From assembly GCF_000020025.1 (NCBI RefSeq), contig NC_010628.1, positions 2,580,001-2,612,000 on the forward strand: 32,000 nt of DNA, given 5' to 3'. The position numbers were made by a program, and so were the translations under genes. Origin of the DNA: Nostoc punctiforme PCC 73102 (GTDB lineage: Bacteria > Cyanobacteriota > Cyanobacteriia > Cyanobacteriales > Nostocaceae). The notes under the pieces are model-generated. The model made no database searches. It was not told the origin of the DNA and saw only the letters and a list, made by a program, of their open reading frames with translations. How positions within the stretch are numbered: position 1 is the first letter of the stretch; the number at the start of each line of letters is the position of its first letter. Positions 17,160 to 25,873 of this stretch are shown in pieces.

Positions 17160-17318
17160 CTAGCAGTTCGCCAAGTGAACTTGGCGGAGTAAAGGGGAAG
17201 GGGAAGGGGGAAGGTGGGACCCCCACGAAGTGGGGATAAGGTGCAGGTGGAAAGGGTTTAAATCCCTTACCCTTTCCCCAGCCCTCACAAGCGCATTTTT
17301 GGGTTAGCAGACTACTAG
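17160..17318. mobile_element. IS630-derived MITE (~159 bp)
   Basis: The left end CTAGCAGTTCGCCAAGTGAACTTGGCGGAGTAAA resembles the IS630 left end CTAGTAGTGTACCAAGGTAACTTTGCTAAGTAAA. The right end TTAGCAGACTACTAG resembles the IS630 right end TTGGCAGACTACTAG. The interior is non-coding GGGGAA repeats plus a GGAAAGGG/CCCTTTCC hairpin. Confidence 0.7.
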
Positions 17319-17446
17319 CATCGCGGGATGTGCAAAGAATTATTGATTATAGAATACGGCATTAAAAAGCGCAGTAATTCCCGAATTACATGCTTTACAT
17401 AAGGTTGCGATCGCCGGTTGTAGCTTAAAAATGTTCAACTTATGAT

Positions 17447-18793
17447 TTAGACGGCGAAAGGAAATGTCTCTGGTGGTTCAGTTGTTTCCCAAGAGGGAGT
17501 ACGATCGAGTGGTTGCACTCCCGTAGTGTCATCAATGTGGATTACAGCATCAAACTGGTCAGGTAGTCGAGCGTAGAAATAGTGGCTTTGACGCTCGGTT
17601 TCAGGCAGGTAAATTACACCGATAGCTCGCTCTAATCGCGGTTTTTCTAGTCCTGTAACTGCTTGATTTTCTTGTCGTAAATTCAGTAAAAACTGAGGTA
17701 AACCTACCTCATGAAATAAAGCTTCGTAACTGTCAGATAATGCTGGACGAACTTGTTTCAGTTCAGGTACACCACCCCAATCAGAAGCAGCCGTAACTGT
17801 ACCCGTATAAGTTGTAAAGCCTACAAGTACGGTATCATCACCATATTTATCTCGTACCAATTGCCCGACATTGAGTTCACCTGCAATTCCCATATCGGTT
17901 GCTCGTACATAGCCAAGGTGCGAGTTATGCGCCCAAACCACAATCTTTGAACGGTTTCCTTGCTTATCTAAATGGGCGGCGAGGCGATCTAGAGTTTCTG
18001 CCATGTGGCGATCGCGTATGTTCCAAGACAACACCTGTCCAAGAAACATTGAGCGGTAGTATTCCTCGGCGTTCTTCACCAGTCGGGCGTTCTCTTGGGC
18101 ATAGAAAAACTCGTCTTCTGCAACCTGACCATCACGCCCTGCATACTCCGCAATCCGGCGTTGCAATTCCATCAATTGATTAATAACTTCTTGCTCACAA
18201 GACTCGCTCAGACCAAAAGCAGCCGCATATCCATAAGCTTTGGTATCTTCTTCAAAGTGTTCCAAGCAAGAATATCGGTAGCGTGCCCGTTGTGCAGCTT
18301 CTGGGTCCACTTTGTCCAGGTAAGCAAGAACCTCGCTTATTGAAGTATACATACTGTAAAGGTCAAGCCCGTAAAAACCAACTTTGTTTCTATCCTGCGG
18401 TAAAGCATCATTATACTGACGTAGCTAACCGATGAAGTTCACCACATCTGTGTTGCGCCACATCCAAGTTGGAAAACCCTTGAAGCCTGCGATCGCTTCA
18501 GCCGGTGTAGGGTCGTTATTAATTCCCCGTACATATCGATTAATACGGTAGGCATCCGGCCAGTCTGCCTCCACTGCTATAGCCGTAAAGCCTTTTTCTT
18601 GAATCAGACGCTTAGTAATAAGAGCCCGTTGTTCATAAAATTCATGGGTGCCGTGAGACGCTTCACCAATCAATACAAAGCGGGCATTACCAATTAAATC
18701 CATGAGTGGGTCGTAGTCTTGGGCAGTACCTATCAGTGGATGTGCTACTTCATGTAATGCATCGGTTAGCTGTGTTGCTGTTGCTTCTGACAT
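17447..18793 (-). pseudogene. erythromycin esterase family protein interrupted by one in-frame TAG
   Basis: ORFs 18425-18793 and 17447-18352 are in the same frame. Codons 18353-18424 are open (LRQYNDALPQDRNKVGFYGLDLYS). The only interruption is the TAG at 18425-18427. Family motifs: FVLIGEASHGTHEFY, VVWAHNSHLG. Confidence 0.8.
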
Positions 18794-19014
18794 AATAGTT
18801 AGTTATCAAAAGTTTGTGTTCTTGATTATGATTTTAGATACTGTTAAAGGAGCGGTAGTTTTAACGCGATGAGCTACGCCCCACCCTAGGCGATCGTAGA
18901 TAATAAATCTAATGCTTCCAAATTGCTGTTATCATACTTTCATCTTAAAAGTGACTAAGCATATTATTCTCTTACTATAGTTAGAGAATTTAAACTATAA
19001 GCTTGCCAAAAAGT

Positions 19015-19245
19015 TTAATTTTTAAGTGTATTTTTTAATAAAACTGTTTTTTCACTCCAAGGTAAATCATGAATCGTTCGCCCATGATTTTGATGTATAC
19101 TTGGAGTGATTTTTCCACATGAAGGACAACTACAAGAGTTCACAAATTTTTCTATTGTTATAATTATTCCTATATCTTCTATCTCTTGACAATCTAATAC
19201 TTTCATATCGGGAAGATTCAGTATTTCCTCTACGAGAAATTTCAT
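19015..19245 (-). pseudogene. ISL3-family transposase N-terminal fragment
   Basis: EILNLPDMKVLDCQEIE...CPSCGKITPSIHQNHGRTIHDLPWSEK matches the zf-ISL3 N-terminus. The ORF ends after 76 aa with no DDE domain. Confidence 0.65.
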
Positions 19246-19670
19246 AGCGATGTCTACGACGGGCTACGCCTACGCCTAAAATTTTGGTAGATTACAATTT
19301 ATATTGTAGCATCAGCTCTATTTGATAATATTTGAAAGTTCGTAAACTACTGCAATATCTAAATTTTAACTATTTTTTATATTAAATTGTAGTTGTTAAA
19401 ATTTAATTGATTTTGATTTTTACCATAAAAATAGCGGAAAAAGCAAACTCTTGTGAGGATTGCTTTTCTCTTGAGCTTCAAACATGTCACAAATGTTCAA
19501 TAAGTTTTCTGTGCCAAGTCTATCGAGCTTTTCGTTTCCAGCTTTTCATCCGCACTAGTTGCACCTTTGACTGCCCGTTCGCTGATTTTGAAATGGTGAG
19601 AGGAATTAAAGCCTTGAGGAGTAATGCTTAAGACGATTTTTGAAGCAAAGGCATTAAGGATTAGTATTCA

Positions 19671-19742
19671 ATAATGGAATGTATCATTAGCTTCTGTCTT
19701 AGAAACTCCGAACAACATTCCTAATACTTGAAATGTCGGCAT
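19671..19742 (-). pseudogene. possible remnant of an IS5-like (HTH_Tnp_4 / DDE_Tnp_4 type) transposase
   Basis: The 24-aa peptide MPTFQVLGMLFGVSKTEANDTFHY resembles the HTH segment (..TF..LG..FGVS.S.AN..FH.) of plant-transposase-like IS5 transposases. It is a very short fragment. Confidence 0.3.
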
Positions 19743-19744
19743 CT

Positions 19745-19800
19745 GTAGTAAATAAAATAAAACATACTTCCCGCATTTCTTACAAGTGAGAAATGCGGGG
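19745..19800 (-). terminator. candidate rho-independent terminator (minus strand)
   Basis: An 11-bp perfect stem, CCCGCATTTCT (19770-19780) / AGAAATGCGGG (19789-19799), with an 8-nt loop. On the minus strand it is followed by a T-rich tract (GTTTTATTTTATTT). It lies 65 nt downstream of the 19865-20122 ORF. Confidence 0.5.
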
Positions 19801-19864
19801 GAGTCTATTCAAAAATCAAATAGGATTCCTATATACCTAAACAATAATAGCCTCAAGCCAATAT

Positions 19865-20122
19865 TTATCTACTGCGGCACGAAGTATTGAATACTAAAAC
19901 TAAAATTATTCCACCTATAAATGAGATGAAAAGTAGCATCCAAAGCATTCTAGCCTTATCGTTGACGATATCGTAAGAATCTTTCCTAAAGCTCAAAGAA
20001 AGCAAGCTAAAAGCAGCAAGACCATTTACTAAAAAAGAAATGCTTAATGCAAGAACTAGAACAGTACACATCACATCGCTTTGTAGATTCAGCATAATTT
20101 TTACTGGTAAAACTAAATACAA
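19865..20122 (-). CDS. hypothetical small membrane protein
   Basis: 85 aa with two strongly hydrophobic segments (CTVLVLALSISFLVNGLAAFSLLSL and LWMLLFISFIGGIILVLVF), followed by a terminator-like hairpin. No homology recognised. Confidence 0.4.
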   Translation of the reverse strand: MYLVLPVKIMLNLQSDVMCTVLVLALSISFLVNGLAAFSLLSLSFRKDSYDIVNDKARMLWMLLFISFIGGIILVLVFNTSCRSR

Positions 20123-20340
20123 TTAATCAGTATATTTAAACACAAAAAAATAGAAATCAAGGGCTAGGGCGATACCGATACTGTAAGGGAGGAATGGCAC
20201 TAAAAAAGCGCAAATCCTTAATATGATTAGCTTTTGGGTGTAGATGAACTTCAATATCATTAGGGGTTTCCAGAAAATAAAATGTCCAGCTGTCGATGAA
20301 AGCCGCTCAGTCCTTGGGTTTAGCCAAAATATATTTGATA

Positions 20341-20455
20341 CGGTGAAGCAGCGCGGTCTTCTCCCAAAGTGAGAGGCTAGCGCCTTTGCGGAGCGTCTAC
20401 GTAGAGAAGGGGGTTTCCCCCATGAGCGACTGCACCAAGCCCGGAGGGGCTGGGC
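20341..20455. repeat. GC-rich structured element embedded in AT-rich intergenic DNA
   Basis: About 115 bp of much higher GC than its flanks. Contains the GGGGGTTTCCCCC palindrome (20409-20421) and CTTCTC...GAGAAG pairing. Its 3' half loosely resembles the 56-nt insert at 10253-10308. Confidence 0.4.
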
Positions 20456-21006
20456 ATTTTATTATTACCTGTAGGTGCCTTAACAGCCGAGTCTGTTGAC
20501 TACTACGGGAACTCTATAACCATAGAGGTCGCCCTCCTCTGTTACCGTACAAAACTTATATGCACTAGTCTTTTGGTACATTCCATAACCTAATTGAGAA
20601 GTTATGCTTGCTCTGTAGACTGATTATTTAGAAATGCGATCGCACTTGGTAATTATTAATATCTTCAGTATTTTTTCGGATACTTTTAACAATAAATGTA
20701 ATATATAGTTAAAATGCTCAATAAATACGTAAGTGCCTCAGAGTACACTATTAATTTTGTTTTATTAATAAATCAACGAGTTATTGCCAGCATAATATGC
20801 AAATAAGTAGAAATAAATAATGAAAAGATGGCGTAAGTGGGTACAGAACGCAAAAATAGTGGATTACGGTTTCCATAACTCACCCTATAACAGTTTCCTC
20901 CTTACTTGAGTCAGTTAATTTTTAAGCGAAATCACCTTTAATTATGGTGAATTTTTAGCATAAACTAAAGTTTTTAATAATCCGATTTATAATTATCCAA
21001 ACATAT

Positions 21007-22926
21007 ATGAAACCTGTATTAATATCGCTTCTTGAACCATTAAATAAACTTTCGGCATCTGAACAAATGGTTTTAGAAAAAATAATGCAACCTGTTAGTT
21101 TTTCAGCCGGAACTTATATATTTAAAGAAGGTTCATTCGCGGATAGCTGTTATATCCTTGAAGAAGGTATAGTACGGATTGAAACAGCATCAGAAAGTAG
21201 TTCTAATTTTGTAGTTAATTATTTGGAAGCTGGGACAATTTTTGGAGAAATAAGCTTATTAGATAAAATGCCTCGTTCGGCTACTGCTTATGCCCAAACA
21301 AATATAATAGCTAAAAAAATACTAATTCAAGAGTTAGAAATATTACTAGAAACTTCGCCAAGAATATTGATTTGTCTCTGGGAAATGTTTAGAAAGGCTG
21401 CTCCACTTGGAGTTCGTTCTTTAAATGAACTTACAATTAAAAAAAATCACTTTGTGATAAACCCAGAAGTGGAAGTAATGTTAGATAAAGCTTTACTAGC
21501 TCAAAAAGAAATTCAAACTTGGTCTGAAGAACGTATAGATGCCTTATTACTGGTAATTGCTTCATCGATTGCACAACATGCCGAATCATTAGCAACAGCA
21601 ACAGTAAAGGCTACTCGTGTTGGGGATATTTTGGATAAAGTTACTAAGAATAAAATTGCTAGCTTAGGTATTTACCGCTCGCTGGTTGGCAAATCTGGAT
21701 GCGGGTTTATCTCGAATAATAAAATTAATAATGTTTGTGAAATAGCAAGTCCAATGGGAATTATTTTTGGAATGATTCCCATGACTAACCCAGTTGCAAC
21801 AGCGGTTTTTAAAGCTTTAATTTGTATAAAAAGTCGTAATGCACTGATTTTAAGTTTCCCACTTTCTACTAAGAATGTTGGCACGTTAGTTTGTGAAATT
21901 ATTCAGGAAGCTTTAATTCGGCAAGATGCACCTGTAGAGCTGATTCAGTGGTTAAAACATCGCAGTTCCCGCGAACAAACAGAAATATTAATGAAGCACA
22001 AAAACGTCTCTTTAATCTTAGCAACAGGAGGTGCGAGCATGGTGAAAGCTGCCTATAGTTCAGGAACTCCGGCAATTGGTGTAGGTCCTGCTAATACTCC
22101 TACCTTAATTTGTGCGGATGCAAATATTCAACATGCTGCCCGCACTATTATTGTAAGTAAATCATTTGATAATGGATTAATTTGTGGTTCTGAACATAAT
22201 TTGATAGTTGATGCACGCGTTAGGAAGAACTTTATTAAAGTATTAGAGCAAGAAGGCGCGGCAATACTTACGCATGAAGAAAAAAGCTACTTTAGCACAG
22301 TTGCTTTTGAAGATAAATCGAATCGATTGCAAGCAAAAATTATTGGTCAGTCAGCGGCTAAAATTGCCGTTATGGCAAATATTAAACGCGATTATCACAT
22401 TAAATTAATTATAGTCCCGAATGAATTTCTAAGTTTAGATAATCCCTATGCTTATGAAAAGATGGCACCGATATTGAGTTTATTTACAGTTCAAAATGAG
22501 ATTGAAGGTATAGACCTTTGTCGGTCGATACTACAGATAGAAGGGAAAGGACATACAGCAATTATACACACGAAAAATAAGGCAGTGGTGAGAAGATTTG
22601 GTTTAGAAATGCCAGCCAGTAGAATATTAGTAAATTCGCCGGGGGTACATGGAATCATAGGTCTTACAAGTGCTTTAGACCCATCCTTCACATTAGGGTG
22701 CGGCACATTTGGGGGAAATTCAACTACTGATAATGTTACTTATAGCAATCTTTTGAATTTAAAACGGGTTGCATATTATCAAGCACCAAAATTTTTAGAC
22801 CCAGAGATATTTAAAAATACATATCCCCAGTGGTTACTGCAATTGCTAAACTTATTAAACTTTTTAAAACTCAATGCTTTAGTGACATTTATATCGCAAC
22901 GAGTTTCGATTCAGTTGAGAAGATAA
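21007..22926 (+). CDS. cyclic-nucleotide-binding domain fused to an acylating (CoA/thioester-dependent) aldehyde dehydrogenase, AdhE-N-terminal/EutE-like
   Basis: The first ~125 residues form a CAP-type cNMP domain with an intact phosphate-binding cassette, FGEISLLDKMPRSATAYA (21241-21294). The rest aligns by eye with the AdhE ALDH domain: IFGMIPMTNPVATAVFKALICIKSRNALILS, LILATGGASMVKAAYSSGTPAIGVGPANTP, the catalytic-Cys motif FDNGLICGSEH (Cys codon 22183-22185), and GCGTFGGNSTTDNV. Confidence 0.85.
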   Translation: MKPVLISLLEPLNKLSASEQMVLEKIMQPVSFSAGTYIFKEGSFADSCYILEEGIVRIETASESSSNFVVNYLEAGTIFGEISLLDKMPRSATAYAQTNIIAKKILIQELEILLETSPRILICLWEMFRKAAPLGVRSLNELTIKKNHFVINPEVEVMLDKALLAQKEIQTWSEERIDALLLVIASSIAQHAESLATATVKATRVGDILDKVTKNKIASLGIYRSLVGKSGCGFISNNKINNVCEIASPMGIIFGMIPMTNPVATAVFKALICIKSRNALILSFPLSTKNVGTLVCEIIQEALIRQDAPVELIQWLKHRSSREQTEILMKHKNVSLILATGGASMVKAAYSSGTPAIGVGPANTPTLICADANIQHAARTIIVSKSFDNGLICGSEHNLIVDARVRKNFIKVLEQEGAAILTHEEKSYFSTVAFEDKSNRLQAKIIGQSAAKIAVMANIKRDYHIKLIIVPNEFLSLDNPYAYEKMAPILSLFTVQNEIEGIDLCRSILQIEGKGHTAIIHTKNKAVVRRFGLEMPASRILVNSPGVHGIIGLTSALDPSFTLGCGTFGGNSTTDNVTYSNLLNLKRVAYYQAPKFLDPEIFKNTYPQWLLQLLNLLNFLKLNALVTFISQRVSIQLRR

Positions 22927-22930
22927 AATT

Positions 22931-25873
22931 ATGAGTAATCCAATACGTGTTGTCTGTCTGGGTGGTGGCTATGTTGCCATGTGGTTAACGAAAGCACTGC
23001 GAAATGCCATTATATATAAAAAAGTTGAGATGATTGTTATCAGTCGGGATAATTATCATACTTATCACGGGTTTATTGCTGAGATGTTGACTGGGAAAAT
23101 TCAACCTAGTCAGGTTGCAAGTCCAGCTAGAAGAATATTTGAACCCGCATATTTTTATAATGCAGAAATTGAAAACATAGACGTTATCAAGCAAGTTATT
23201 ACTACTAGTCGTTCTCTAGATGGAAGGCAATATGAAGTATCTTATGACCATTTGGTGATTTCATTAGGTTCGGTGGATGACTTATCGAGGTATCCCGGTA
23301 TTGCTGAACATGCAATGAAATTAAAATCTTTTAATGACTGTTATAAAATCCGCAATCACATCATTCAAATGTTGGAATTAGCGGAAATTGAAACAGACAC
23401 AGAAGAGCGATCGCGTTTGCTAACTTTTGTAGTTGCTGGAGGGAATTATGGTGGTATTGAAGTTGCAACTGAGTTAGCTGACCATTTCCGTCTTTTAATT
23501 AAAAAGGAGTATCGGCAAATTGCACCTGATGAAATCAAGGTAATAGTTATTCATAGCGGAGAGCGTATTTTATCCGAATTAGTACGACGGTTTCCAGAGT
23601 TGGTAAGGTATGCTGAAAACTTTCTCCATGACGAATTCTCTAATTTAGAAATTATTACTAATACTCGTATTGTTGCCGCGACACCAGAAGAAGCAATACT
23701 TAGTAATGGAGAGCGAATTTCAACTCGGACAATTATTAGTTGTACGGGAACAGCACAATCACCTTTATTAGACAAACTACCGTTGGAACGGGATAAATAC
23801 GGCAAAATTGTTACAGATGAGTTTGTCCGAGTCAAAGGAACAAATAATGTTTGGGCAGGAGGAGATTGTGCTGCGGTTCCTTTACCAACAGGAGGTACTT
23901 GTCCACCCTTAGCTATTTATGCTTTGACTTGTGGCTATCAAATTGGTGGCAATATTCTACGTTCGATCGAAAGTAGAAAGCTAAAAGCTTATAAATTTAC
24001 TGGACTTGGGGATGCTGTTTCTCTGGGAAATCGTCACGCGATCGCACATTTAAAAGGTGTGCCATTATACGGGTTTAATGCTTGGGTTGCTTGGAGAATA
24101 GCTTTGTTTATTTTTGTTCCATCGTGGGAGCGAAAGCTTCGACTTCTAGTCGATTGGTCAATGTGGCCTTTTTTAGGTCGAGATATTATCAGCATGAAAG
24201 TGCAAGAAAAGCAAAGTTTAAAAAAAGCATATTTTCAGGCAGGACAAGTCATTGTTAAACAAGGAGATATTGGTCGTTGCTTGTATTTAATCCGCAATGG
24301 AGAGGTGGAAGTTTTACAAGAAATGTCGAATGGGGAAACAATTATTCAAACTATCGGTTCTGGCGAACACTTTGGTGAAACAAGTGTCATAGAAAATAGT
24401 CCTCACATTGCAACTGTCCGTGCTAAAACAAGCGTGCAATTAGTGGTGATTGATAGAGAAGAAGCATTATTATTGAGTAATTCTTTGTCTGTGTTTAACG
24501 ATACTAATCGCTTATTATCATCCGATACATTTGTCAAAGAAAATATTGATGAATATCATGCGATCGCATCAGACATCCCCAGAGGGAGTATCGCACCAGT
24601 TAACTCGGTCATGTCTGCGACTTTAGAAGCAGCTCCTTGGCAAGAGTTACCATCAAAAGCACCAGCAAGGATTGGTAGCAGCCGCATATTAACAAGATCG
24701 GAATCATCGCAGCCTAGTAAATTCGGTTTTTTGGGTCTAGCGTCAGTAGCTGCACTTATTGCCTTATCAAGTACTACTACCTACCTATTGACCTCTAAAA
24801 AAGTTACTACTCCCGAACCGAAGGACAATGCGATCGCATCCCAAAAGTTAGAAGTAATCGCACTAGGACGCTTGGAACCAGCTGGAGAAATTATATCTGT
24901 AGCTGGTCCTGTGGGGGAACGAATTGGACATTTGGAAGTTGCGGAAGGAGATAACGTTAAAAATGGACAAATTTTAGCTTATTTAGAGAGTTATAACGAA
25001 AGACTGCAAACCCGAAATTTAGCCGCAGCTAAAGTTCGTGAAATCCAAGAACAAATTAAAACTGATACATTACTGCGTCAAGTTGAAGCTGAAAAATCTC
25101 AGTCAGAAATTGAACAAGTTAATACACCCCAACTCCTACAAATTAAATCACAGCAAGCTTTGATTCGCAAAGCAGAAGTGGAATTAAGCGAGGTAGTTAA
25201 AACACGCGATCGCTTTCAATATTTGTCTCAAGAAGGTGCGATCGCCAAACAAGATTTTGATAATAAGCAATTAATTGTCCGTCAAGCTGAAGAAAATCTC
25301 AATCAAGCAAAAGCAACTTTAGAACAGTTAGCTCAAGCTCGCTCATCTAATATTCGCACTGCCCAAACAGCTTTTAAAGCTTCCCAAGTTAATTTAGCAA
25401 GAGTGGACAGTCATAGCGGACTAGAACCTGCCAAAAATAATCTTGCTTTAGGACAAGCTCAGTTGGAACGTTCAATTATTCGCGCTCCTCAAGATGGTAA
25501 AGTTCTCAAAGTTTTTGCCCACACTGGTGAAGCAATTTCTCAAAAAAGTATTTTACAGCTAGGTGATACACAGCAAATGTTTGCTGTTGCAGAAGTATAC
25601 GAAACCGATGTGAGTAAAGTCAAATTTGGTCAGGAGGCAGTTATTACTAGTCCAGCTTTTACTAAACCAATTAAAGGAACTGTTGATAAAGTTGGCAATC
25701 TCGTATTTAAAAATAACACGATCGGCGATGACCCAACAGCAGAAAAAGATGCCCGAATTGTCGAAGTCAAAATTCGTTTACAACAAAGCGAGCAGGTTGC
25801 TAATTTTAGTAATCTTCAAGTCGATGTCCGAATTCAGTTAAATAATACGGGGAAAATAGGTGCGAAACCGTAA
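22931..25873 (+). CDS. fusion protein: type-II NADH dehydrogenase (NDH-2)-like flavoenzyme + cNMP-binding-like domain + TM helix + DevB-family membrane fusion protein
   Basis: About aa 1-425 carry VVCLGGGYVA, VVAGGNYGGIEVATELAD, WAGGDCAAVP and an NDH-2 C-terminal membrane-association region (WRIALFIFVPSWERKLRLLVDW). About aa 430-545 form a CAP-type fold (VKQGDIGRCLYLIRNGEVEV...FGETSVIENSPHIATVRA). The TM helix FGFLGLASVAALIALSSTTTYLL lies at about 24722-24790. The remainder is HlyD/DevB-like (VIALGRLEPAGEIISVAG, coiled coil, IIRAPQDGKVLKV, ARIVEVKIRL). Confidence 0.85.
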   Translation: MSNPIRVVCLGGGYVAMWLTKALRNAIIYKKVEMIVISRDNYHTYHGFIAEMLTGKIQPSQVASPARRIFEPAYFYNAEIENIDVIKQVITTSRSLDGRQYEVSYDHLVISLGSVDDLSRYPGIAEHAMKLKSFNDCYKIRNHIIQMLELAEIETDTEERSRLLTFVVAGGNYGGIEVATELADHFRLLIKKEYRQIAPDEIKVIVIHSGERILSELVRRFPELVRYAENFLHDEFSNLEIITNTRIVAATPEEAILSNGERISTRTIISCTGTAQSPLLDKLPLERDKYGKIVTDEFVRVKGTNNVWAGGDCAAVPLPTGGTCPPLAIYALTCGYQIGGNILRSIESRKLKAYKFTGLGDAVSLGNRHAIAHLKGVPLYGFNAWVAWRIALFIFVPSWERKLRLLVDWSMWPFLGRDIISMKVQEKQSLKKAYFQAGQVIVKQGDIGRCLYLIRNGEVEVLQEMSNGETIIQTIGSGEHFGETSVIENSPHIATVRAKTSVQLVVIDREEALLLSNSLSVFNDTNRLLSSDTFVKENIDEYHAIASDIPRGSIAPVNSVMSATLEAAPWQELPSKAPARIGSSRILTRSESSQPSKFGFLGLASVAALIALSSTTTYLLTSKKVTTPEPKDNAIASQKLEVIALGRLEPAGEIISVAGPVGERIGHLEVAEGDNVKNGQILAYLESYNERLQTRNLAAAKVREIQEQIKTDTLLRQVEAEKSQSEIEQVNTPQLLQIKSQQALIRKAEVELSEVVKTRDRFQYLSQEGAIAKQDFDNKQLIVRQAEENLNQAKATLEQLAQARSSNIRTAQTAFKASQVNLARVDSHSGLEPAKNNLALGQAQLERSIIRAPQDGKVLKVFAHTGEAISQKSILQLGDTQQMFAVAEVYETDVSKVKFGQEAVITSPAFTKPIKGTVDKVGNLVFKNNTIGDDPTAEKDARIVEVKIRLQQSEQVANFSNLQVDVRIQLNNTGKIGAKP

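Noticed and set aside
15239-17226. Multiple ORFs antisense to or out of frame with the yciI and ECF sigma genes (15239-15565, 15366-15602, 16258-16446, 16386-16604, 16519-16941, 16675-16920, 16972-17226)
   Set aside because: These are shadow ORFs produced by the high GC content of this segment. The translations are low-complexity and Arg/Pro/Ala-rich, and they overlap strongly supported genes.
17180-17290. GGGGAA/GGGAAAGG tandem-like repeats considered as a possible CRISPR array or STRR array
   Set aside because: There is no regular repeat-spacer periodicity. The repeats are the hairpin core of a MITE bounded by IS630-like TIRs. Similar cores at 2630-2690 and 12685-12725 are also MITE interiors.
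19407-19631. 74-aa plus-strand ORF in AT-rich DNA
   Set aside because: It has Cys/Phe-rich low-complexity translation and no RBS. The opposite strand shows weak transposase-like peptide fragments, so the region is more likely IS debris.
21672-23835. Short minus-strand ORFs inside the ALDH and NDH-2 fusion genes (21672-21884, 22491-22706, 22985-23194, 23551-23835)
   Set aside because: They are antisense to strongly supported coding regions and have no motifs.
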